This document shows, in pieces, positions 54,411 through 64,000 of a DNA stretch of 64,000 nucleotides. Location: contig OX597822.1 of assembly GCA_951406725.2 (NCBI GenBank), positions 45,880,001 through 45,944,000 on the forward strand, written 5' to 3'. The number at the start of each line of letters is the position of its first letter. Within the stretch, counting starts at the first letter, position 1. The DNA comes from Octopus vulgaris (Eukaryota). The position numbers and the translations under genes were made by a program. Under the pieces are notes generated by a model. That model saw only the letters and a list, made by a program, of their open reading frames with translations, made no database searches and was not told where the DNA came from.

Positions 54411-55504
54411 GATATATGCATGAATGTATTATTTTTCATTATTTTGCTGTGTGAAGTGTGTTTTTTTTCTAATCTAGTTTAGCCCTGTGTAAAAGACTGT
54501 CTATAAATTTTAAGGAATAACTGTGACATAATCATGTAGCTATGTGTACAGGTGTGTTTACATGTATGAATGTGTGTGTGTGTGTGGTTTACATGTTAAT
54601 GTAGGCCAGTTAGTGAAATATTTTGCCCATGTTGACCCCAATTGTGAACAGAACTATGTCACTGGAAATTGCAAGATCTACTACAAGCACCTGTTGATCA
54701 CAGTATTTCCCTCATCCCCACACCCACCCTATATCCCCACTACCACTATGACCACCACCACTGTACATTTTTAAACACCTACTACATCCCTCTAAATCAC
54801 TTTATTTTGTAAATTCTGTTCAAAGTTCATAAAATAATTCAACTGAAGATATTTTTCTTTTATTCTGTGGTGGTGGTGGCGGTGGTAGTAGTGATGGTAG
54901 TAGTATAGTAGTGATGGTGGTGGTGGTGGTGAAGGCAATGAAGGAGATGGTGATGATGATGGTGGTGGTGGTGGTGATGATGTCAGTGAACTTGCTCATA
55001 GTTGGCATTACTGTTTAACCCCAGGTGAGCCCTAACTGAACAGACTTTTCTTGTAAGTTGACTATGTAGAGTAGGTATGGGCAATTCTTTTTGAGAAAGG
55101 GATCACATGAGACATGGCTTGTCACCAGGTGGGGGCTGCTCTGCTAAAAAAAAATCAAGTTAATTTTTCATTAGGTGTGCCATTCACAAAGTCCTGTGAG
55201 CCGCACTTTGCCCACAACTGACACGGAGACTCCCTCGATGACCCAGAATTACACAATGTCTTATTCAATGGAATTACTTTTTACTGATAGGCTGTGTGAT
55301 AAGAAACATGCTTCACAATTACATGTCCTTTACCTTGGGCTGACCAAAGCGTTGTGAGTGGACTTGGTAGACAGAAACTGAAAGAAGTTTGTTGTATATT
55401 AATCTATCTGTTGCATTTCAGCACATGAGATCATTAATCCAGACATGTTTTTTGCCTCTCTCCAGGTTTTCCTTTGTTTTCTTCCCTCACATTTCTATCT
55501 ATCT

Positions 55505-55543
55505 ATGACAGACAGATAGGCATGCAGTCAGGCAGGCAGATAT

Positions 55544-55611
<68 letters not shown>

Positions 55612-56102
55612 GCAGGTAATGTAGATAGGTAGGTAGATAGATAGAGAGACACATAGCTAGCTAGATAGATAGATAGATAAACAATTAGATAGATAGATAG
55701 TTCAATAAAAAGATAGATAGATTGATAGACAAAAAGATAGATAGATAGGTAGGTAGGTTGGTAGATAGATAGGTAGATAGACAGGTAGATAGGTAGGTAG
55801 ATAGACAGACACATAGATAGATAGATAGACAAACAGATAGACACATAGATAGTTCAATAAAAAGATTGATAGACAGATAGATAGATAGGTAGGTAGGTTG
55901 GTAGATAGATAGGTAGATAGACAGGTAGGTAAGTAGATAGATAGGTAGATAGACAGACACATAGATAGATAGATAGATAGACAAACAAATAGATAGATAA
56001 ACAGATAGATAGATAGACAGACAGACAGATAGACACATAGATAGATAGTTTGATAAAAAGATAGATAGATTGATAGATAGATAGACAAAAAGATAGATAG
56101 AT
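55505..56102. repeat. Compound (GATA/GACA/GGTA)n microsatellite with higher-order duplication
   Basis: Pure GATA run at about 55545-55610; the interruption AGTT(C/T)(A/G)ATAAAAAGAT recurs near 55700, 55851 and 56047. Confidence 0.9.
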
Positions 56103-57734
56103 ATGCAACAGGCTTCTTTCAGTTTCTGTCTACCAAATCCACTCACAATGCTTTGGTCAGCCCAAGGTTATATTAGAAGACACGTAATTGTGAAACAAGC
56201 CACACCTGTACTTACCAAGCCACACCTGTACTTACCGGTGAAATGTAATTCACATGAATAAGTCATTGTGTAATTTGATCTTCAATAAGATTTGTCTTCA
56301 GAATGTAGAATACAGAAATTAATGCCACCAAGGTGTTTTTTCTGGTGCTCTACCAGTTCTGACATGAGTCAGTGAGAAGGCCTCTATGTGGTTGCTTGGC
56401 CTGCTAGAAATAGCAGCAAGAAGGACCTGTGGCTAAACAAAAACAATAAACATTACTCAATCAAAAGTAACTGGGGTGGGAGCAGGGGGACTAAGTAATA
56501 ACTTCAGCAACTTCCTTTCCTTGTAGTACTACCATGATAGCCCTTACATCACACCCTAAAGAAAACTCTGAGCCAGTAAGGCAGCCTTTACTTGGTCACT
56601 CAAACTTCTAGAAATAACAGCCAAATGTCTTATAATTCACATCATACTGTTTTAAAAATAGGACATACTAGATAATATAGTCCTAGATACATTGTATATG
56701 AAAAGACAAGATGGTCTTGGCTGACAAGCTTTTGATCATAAATCTGGTGGACCAGGGTCACCATGGGGTTAAACAGCAACGATAACAACAACAACTACAT
56801 TGGCTAATAGTACAGTCAGTCCAGTCGTGATAGCCTTCACATCATACCTAACAAGAAACTTGAAGAAATGTTATTTCCTGCCTACTATGACTCAATCTGC
56901 TACTTTAACAAATAGGTACAGGTGTGCTCCAGGTAGACAGTTCAAATATGCAAAATTCTATTTTTAGAACCAAATGACTTGACTTTGTTATTGAAATCAA
57001 CAGGTGACGTTTGTGTGTGCATGTGAGTGTGTGTGTAGAACCTTCCGGCTTTCTCAAAAGCTGAACACAAACAAACACAGCATTAACCCTCTTAGTTTAC
57101 TTAGTAACACTTTATTTATTTAGTCTACTAGTTGAGTGATTTTGCTATCACATTTTATGTTCTTTGGCCCAATTTATTCAACACCAATTCCTTCAAAAAT
57201 TCACTAAAAAATATTGGCTTCAAATTTTCATACAAGGCCAGCAGTTTTGGTGGAGATAAGCTAGTCGGTTACATTGACCCCCAGTGTTCAACTGGTACTT
57301 AATTTAATGACTCTGAAAGGATGAAAGGCAAATTTGACCATGGTAGAATTTGAACACAGAACATTAAGATGGTGAAATGTCACAAAGCATTTGGCCTGGC
57401 ATGCTAACGATTCTTATTTCTTTATTGCCCACAAGGGGCTAAACATAGAGGGGACAAACAAGGACAGACAAAGGGATTATGTCGATTACATCGACACCAG
57501 TGTGTAACTGGTACTTAATTTATCGACCCCGAAAGGATGAAAGGCAAAGTCGACCAGGGCAAAATTTGAACTCAGAACGTAACAGCAGACGAAATACCAC
57601 TAAGCATTTTGCCCAGCGTGCTAACGATTCTGCCACCTCTCTGCCTTTATATATATACATATATATAAACATATATATGTATTATACATGTGTATATGCA
57701 TATGTATATGTACACATATATAAATATATATATA

Positions 57735-58830
57735 TGAAGACAGGGAAAGCACCTGGCCCATCAGGAATCACCTCTGAATGCTTAAAATATCGGGCGGTGT
57801 GAGTTATGGTTTTGTTACCAGCATAGTAAATCAGGTTATCCATGAAGGAGTCATACCCAATTACTGGTGTAGCAGCACCATAGTCAACAGCTACAAGGGT
57901 AAATGTGATACTTTAGATAGAAATAACTATAGGGATATCAAATTATTGGATCGGGTGATGAAAGTTACAGAGAGGGTCATAGCCAAACCAATTAGGGAGA
58001 GAGTTAGCCTAGATGAGATGCAGTTTGGTTTTCTGCCACTGATGCTATATTTCTGGAGTAATTTCTAGCCAAAGATAAACCTCTGTACTTGGCTTTTGTT
58101 GACTTGGAGAAAGCTTTTGACAGGGTCCCCTCATCCCTTATCTGGTGGTCAATGCAGAAACTGGGGATAGACGAGTGGTTGGTAAGAGCAGTGCAGTCGC
58201 TGTACAGGGATGCTGTCAGTAGGGTGAGGGTCCGCAACAAGTATAGTGAAGAATTCCAGGTAGAAGTAGGGGTTCACCAAGGATCAGTCCTCAGCCCCCT
58301 CTTATTCATCATAACCCTCCAGGCAATAACAGAGGAATTCAAGACAGACTGCCCAGACGAAGTTTAGGGTGTGGAAGCAAGCTCAAGAATCGAAGGGCCT
58401 TAGGGTTAACCTAACAACAACCAAAGTCTTAGTAAGTAGGAAGGCTGACAAATCACAAATCCCTTTAGGTAAATGGCCATGCTCGATCTGGAGAAAAGGT
58501 GTGGGTAGAAACTCCTTACAATGTACCCAGTGTAAGCTATGGACACATAAAAGGTGCAGCAATATCAAAGGATGGTTAACCAGGAAGACAGTTTTTGTGT
58601 GTGGCAGATGCACAGGGGCAATAAACACTGAAGATGTCCAGAAAAAAGATTCCATCACACGCTAAGGGGAGAAACTAGAAGTAGTTGATAGCTTCTGCTA
58701 CCTAGGCAACCAAGTCTGTAGTGGGGGTGGTTTCTCTGAGAGTGTAGTGGCTAGAATAAGAATAATCTAGGCAAAGTTCAGGGAGCTCCTACCGCTGCTG
58801 GCAACTAAGGGGCTCTCACTCAGAATGAAA
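57735..58830 (+). pseudogene. RTE-clade LINE reverse transcriptase fragment (degenerate)
   Basis: GKAPGPSG, NYRDIKLL, QFGF, AFVDLEKAFDRVP and GVHQGSVLSPLLF motifs plus a PHD-like Cys cluster; frameshifts and deletions. Confidence 0.9.
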
Positions 58831-59019
58831 GTGGTCAAACACCATTTCAACAAATGAAATTCATCATCATCATCATCGTTTAACGTCCGTTTTTCCATGC
58901 TGGCATGGGTTGGACGGTTTGACTGAGGTCTGGAGAGCCAGTGACTGCACCAGGCTCCAATCTGATCTGGCAATGTTTCTAGAGCTGGATGCCTTTCCAA
59001 ACACCAACCACTCCGAGAG

Positions 59020-59510
59020 TGTAGTGGGTGCTTTTTACGTGCCACCAATACAGAAGTCAGTCAGGTGGGCCTAACATCAATCATGTTCAGATAGTGCTTT
59101 TTACATGCCACCAGCATGGGGGCCTGTCAGGGTACTGGCATCGGCCACGTTTGGACGGTGCTTTTTATGTGCCACCAGCATGAGGCCAGTCAGGGGTTAC
59201 TGGCATCTGCTACGTTCGGATGCTGCTTTTTATGTTCCACTTGTATGGGATCTAGTCAGGAGGTACTGGCATAAGCCACATTCAGATAGTGATTTTTATC
59301 TGCCACCAGCATGGGAACCAGTCAGGGGCTACAGGCATCAGCCATGTCCGAATAGTGATTTTATGAGGCACCAGCATGAGAGCCAGTCAGGGGTTACTGG
59401 CATCAGCCATGTTCGGATAGTGCATTTTATGTGCCACCAGCATGGGAGCCAGTCAGGCGGATCTTGCATCAACTACATTCAGATGGTGCTTTTTACGTGT
59501 CACCAGCACG
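59020..59510 (-). repeat. Tandem array of ~60-65-bp units in an RTE-related tail
   Basis: About seven to eight repeats of GTGCTTTTTA.GTGCCACCAGCATGGG.GCCAGTCAGG..GTACTGGCATC.GCCA.GTTC.GAT. Confidence 0.8.
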
Positions 59511-59842
59511 TAGATATGAGAGTGATAGTATTTTTAAAGATACCATTGCTGGTGGCTGTGAACACAGGCTGTACAGGCAAATTAATGAAATATATAGATA
59601 TATAAATATATTCGAACATGGTTGTTGCCAGAACCACCTGACTGTGGAACATAAAAAGCACTCACTACACTCTCGGAGTGGTTGGCATTAGGAAGGGCAT
59701 CCAGCTGTAGAAACTTTGCCAGATCAGATTGAGCCTGGTGTAGCCTTCTGGCTCACCAGTCCTCAGTCAAACCATCCAACCCATGCCAGCCTGGAAAGCG
59801 GACGTTGAACAACGATGATGATGATGATAATATATGTGTATG

Positions 59843-59888
<46 letters not shown>

Positions 59889-59899
59889 GTCAATATGAG

Positions 59900-60531
59900 G
59901 AAATATACTGCAAGTGATGAAAATCAAGCATCCAGTCAACATCATGGTGTTTGGAGTGATTACTAGTGATGGCAACGTTATGCTTCTATTCATCTTCCCA
60001 CACAGCCTCAGACTCCACAAAGAAGCCTACATCATGTGCCTGGAGGAGGTAGTACTATCCTGGTTCATGAGGGTGACTGCTGGAAGACATTATGTCTGGC
60101 AACAGGACTCTGCACCATGGCACACATTCAGGAGAACCCAGTCATGGCTGTCAGACAATTTCTGTGACCTCACCGACCCTAACATCTGGCCATCTAACTC
60201 CACAGACTGCAACCCCTTTGATTATTATGTGTGGGGCGCAGTTGAGCGAGAGACCAACAAAACTCCTTGAAACATCAAAGATGAACTGAAAGCAAGGATT
60301 ATGGCAGCATTCACCAACTTAAACAAGGAGACTGTCCAGAAGAGTTGCAGGAGATTCTGAAGTCATCCGAAAGCCATAGTTGAAGCCAATGGCGATTTTA
60401 TTGAAAAAATTTACTCTTTAGTATTTCAAGATATTTTTATATAATTTTGGTAAATATATCTGTCAAAATGAAATGTCAGTGTTGTTTTAATTTTTGCGTA
60501 ATTTAGACGACAGTTTATTCACCGCACCCTG
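59900..60531 (+). mobile_element. 3' half of a DD37D (maT) Tc1/mariner-superfamily transposon
   Basis: 37 residues lie between the D of WQQDSAP and the D of CNPFDY; right end TTTATTCACCGCACCCTG. Confidence 0.85.
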
Positions 60532-60535
60532 TGTA

Positions 60536-60569
<34 letters not shown>

Positions 60570-60989
60570 TGCATCTATATATCATCATCATCATCATTTA
60601 AGTTCCATTGTCTATGCTGGCATGGGTTGGACAGTTTGACCAGGGCTGGTAAGCTGGAAGGATGCACCAGACTCTAGCCTGATTTGGTATGGTTTCTATG
60701 GCTGGATGACATTCCCAACATCAACCACTCTGAGAATGTAATGAGTTCCTTTATGTGCCACTTGCATGGGTGCTATTTGCATGACGTATCTGCCATGACT
60801 GTGATTCTACTTAGCTTGATGGGTTTTCTCAAGCATGAGATAATGCCAAATGTCTTGGTCATTCATCATTGCCTCTGTGAGACCCAACACTCGAGCTTTC
60901 CACGTGTCGCTGGCTTTTGGCACTTTGCCTCCTCGAGGCCCAATACTCGAAGGGTACTTTTTACATGCCCCCAGCATGGGTGCCAGTTA

Positions 60990-61860
60990 CATGGCACCAG
61001 CATCAGCCACAACTACAATTTCACTTGGCTTGACAGGTCTTCTCAAGCACAGCTTATTGCCAAAGGTCTTGGCCATTAATCATTGAGGCTCACTAATCTG
61101 TGAGGTCCAAAGTTCGAAGATCATGCTTCACCGCTTCCTCTCATGTCTTCCTTGGTCTACCTCTACCACAGGTTCCCACCACAGTTCGAGATCGGCACTG
61201 TCCTTGTCTATACACATCACATGACCATACCAGCATAGTTGTCTCTCTTACACACCACATCTTATGCCTTACTTTCCTCTCAAGATGCTTACACTCTGTC
61301 AAACATTCTTTCCAGCCTACACTGTACTCAGCTGTCACAGCCCATGTTTCACTGTCATGTGGCATAGCTGTTCACACACAGGCATCATACAATCTGCCTA
61401 TCATTCTGAGGGAGAGGCCCTTTGTTGCCAGTAGAGGTAGGAGCTCTCTGAACTTGGCCCAGCCTTACTGACAGTTGATGGAGTCTATTTTGTATACATT
61501 TTAAATGTTTATTGTACCTGTGCATCTTCCACAAACAAAAGCTATTTTCCCTGATAACCTTCCTCTGATTTTGTTGTGCCCATAGCTTACAATGAATACA
61601 TCTTATGGAGTTTCTACCTACACCATTTCTACAGATCGAGCAGAACCATTTACCTGAAAAGACTTGTGATTTGTCTGCCTTCCTACTTACTAAGACTTTG
61701 GTTTTTGCAAGGTTAAATCTAAGGTCCTTTGGTTCTAGACCTTGCTTCTATACCTGAAACTTCTCTTGTTCTGGTAGTGATTCAGCTATAAGAACAAGGT
61801 CATGGCATTGAGGAGCTCCCAAGGGCAGCCTGTCTTCAATTCATCTGTTATTGCCTGGAT
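60990..61860 (-). mobile_element. RTE LINE 3' fragment, degenerate
   Basis: HDSETWAV and VVGTCGRGRPRKT peptides on the minus strand. Confidence 0.75.
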
Positions 61861-62369
61861 ATATGATACTCATCTGTTATTGCCTGGATAAATAATACTT
61901 ACCCTGCCCTAATTACCCAACGAAACTAACCAGTCTACCACAAGCAAACCTCCACCCAGAAAATTTACCAGTGCAAGAACAAAATTTCAATGTAAGAATT
62001 ACCAATTTGTTTACATTACCATCACATATGTATCAATCATTTTCGCATCCTAAACCGATGCATCTATCTATATTCGCATTCTGAAGAGATTTACTTACCC
62101 CAGTAAATTGAAATGATCATAAATGCCACCCTCATCTCTTCTTCTTACTTCTTTGTTACCTATATCTAATTAAAGACATGCCAGTGTAAACCATGAGTTT
62201 CCCATTGTTATCATATCCATTTTCTCCTTTTATATATATATACGAGAAAGGTTGAGTTCAATTAGAATATTTTTATTTTGTGGGGTCCAAAGTTAGATTT
62301 CTAATAAAGATTCTTCATATTAAATTTGTAGCTTACTATTGTAAGCATTTTATTAAAAATATGAAAATT

Positions 62370-62590
62370 ATACAAGTATAAGGTGTATTATGAGCATTTA
62401 TAGAGCACAGTCCTATATAAATTCAACAAAACAATTTAAGATGGAGAAGAGATGTTAAAAGTTTGATAGCCTTTTAATCCATTAAAATGTTATCAAACTT
62501 TGAACATCTTTTCTTCTCCATCTTTAATGGTTTGTTGAGATGATACAGGACTGTGTTTTATAAATGTTCATAACACATCAAATACTTATA
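62370..62590. repeat. Long imperfect palindrome with ~105-bp arms
   Basis: Centre TTTTAAT-CC-ATTAAAA at 62472-62487; arms pair out to AAGTAT/ATACTT. Confidence 0.88.
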
Positions 62591-62596
62591 TATATG

Positions 62597-62658
<62 letters not shown>

Positions 62659-62676
62659 ATATGTGTGTGTATGTAT

Positions 62677-62715
<39 letters not shown>

Positions 62716-62927
62716 ACAGAGTTATTAGTGAGAGATTATCAATCTGGGCAAAATACTTTATAAGCTTTCTGTTGGTACACCATGCTAACAATAATGTTTA
62801 GATTATGAAAGAACTCTGTGTGTTCTTGTGGTAGGGTCTGAGGTCATAGTTTATCACCATTCTGTATTGTGAATCCATGATTGTGTTCCAGTTAGACTGG
62901 TTTTAAGTCAGAGCGATATACAAGACA

Positions 62928-63237
62928 AAGGTATAAATAATGGTCATTACATATTTTTCTTTATTGCAGTAAACATGACTTGCAGCTGTTTCCAGTGGTC
63001 ATCATAGGTTTGTTATTGATAGGTTTATTCAAATGGCCCCTTGATCAATTGAAAAAAGTTGAACAACCTAAAGACATTAATGCTGCTTTCATTAGAGTCA
63101 TTTCTGATTATAACAAACAGAACACTGAAGGAAGAGTGCTTGTCAATAATGAACCTACAATGACTACCAGAAACATCTGTAAGCCAAATTTACTACAATA
63201 TGAAAAAAAATGTAATGGCCATTATTTATACCTTGTA
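62928..63237. mobile_element. MITE with ~45-bp TIRs, probably mariner-derived
   Basis: AAGGTATAAATAATGGTCATTACAT ... ATGTAATGGCCATTATTTATACCTTG-TA. Confidence 0.7.
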
Positions 63238-63239
63238 TG

Positions 63240-63279
<40 letters not shown>

Positions 63280-63686
63280 TATATATACACACATATATAC
63301 ATATATATATAATCCAACCCATGCTAGCATGGAAAGCGGACATTAAATGATGATGATGATACATATATATACACACATATATATGCATATATACTCATAG
63401 ATATACATACATACATATACATACACACACACACACATATACATATACATATATATACACATACACACACACATATATTTATACACACACACACACACAT
63501 ATATATATCAAAAGGATATGTTATGATTCTATTCCACACCCATACCAACAATCCAACATACCTCCATCATCAGTTGCTCCTCAGATATCATTATGGTTTC
63601 GACACCTAGGCGGTACCATTCGATCTGGCGATTTCAACAGCACTAAAATAAGTGTTGTTTGGGAACAAACAAACCAAAGAAGGGAA

Positions 63687-64000
63687 CTTCATGGGGAAAA
63701 GGTTCTTCTCTCTATCTGGTGGGATTGCAAAGGAGTAATTCACTTTGAATTGTTGCCACCTAATGCAACAATCAATACTCAATGTACTTTCCCTGGTTAT
63801 CAGCAATTAGAGCGTTTGAACCAAGCTTTGAAGAAAAGAAGACCCGCTTTAGTGAATCAAAAAGGAGTGATGTTTCATCAGGAAAATGCGTGACCCCACA
63901 CTACAAAGATCACATCACAGAAGATTGAAGAGCTTGGTTGGGAAAAAAACCTCTCATCCACCTTATTCTCCCGACCTTAACTCCTTCAAACTACCATTTG
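63687..64000 (+). mobile_element. Mariner transposase pseudogene fragment (runs off the window)
   Basis: KVLLSIWWDCKGVIHFELL, FHQENA*PH and HPPYSPDL motifs, with frameshifts. Confidence 0.88.

Noticed and set aside
55503-56146. Long YLSI-repeat ORFs
   Set aside because: Translations of a GATA microsatellite.
59020-59510. Regularly spaced repeats resembling a CRISPR array
   Set aside because: The whole unit repeats with no unique spacers; it is part of an RTE-related tail in eukaryotic DNA with no cas genes.
52690-60531. Tc1 5' half and maT 3' half as one interrupted transposon
   Set aside because: The TIRs differ (CAGGGGTTGGAC versus CAGGGTGCGGTG) and the transposase families differ.
61895-62165. 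Two minus-strand GTAAGT donors with nearby AGs
   Set aside because: The candidate segments are only a few nt apart, the longer one has stops in the frame I translated, and neither gives a recognisable peptide.
62970-63178. Apparent plus-strand exon with AG and GTAAGC boundaries and an open frame
   Set aside because: It lies inside MITE TIRs, the acceptor is part of the TIR, and no partner exons were found; more likely a transposon remnant.

Overview
AT-rich, repeat-dense animal genomic DNA; the SINE, RTE and mariner repertoire and the microsatellites point to a cephalopod mollusc, probably Octopus (inference). Two protein-coding genes sit head-to-head. (1) A complete five-exon LSM12 orthologue on the minus strand (CDS 42561 to 9843, 194 aa), whose 17.9-kb first intron is a clear U12-type (minor spliceosome) GT-AG intron. 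(2) A boule/DAZ-family RRM gene on the plus strand with an uninterrupted 356-codon ORF (44301-45371), a probable upstream exon and a shared promoter region, resembling a retrogene. The rest is tRNA-derived SINEs, RTE-type LINE fragments, decayed Tc1/mariner/maT transposons, MITEs, Helentron-associated elements and microsatellites. The main unexplained signals are minimal hammerhead-ribozyme motifs in short repeats (one downstream of a tRNA-like head), a ~220-nt hairpin enriched in G-U pairs, a ~900-bp fold-back element, and a CpG-retaining island inside the minor intron. All calls come from reading the sequence; no searches were run.
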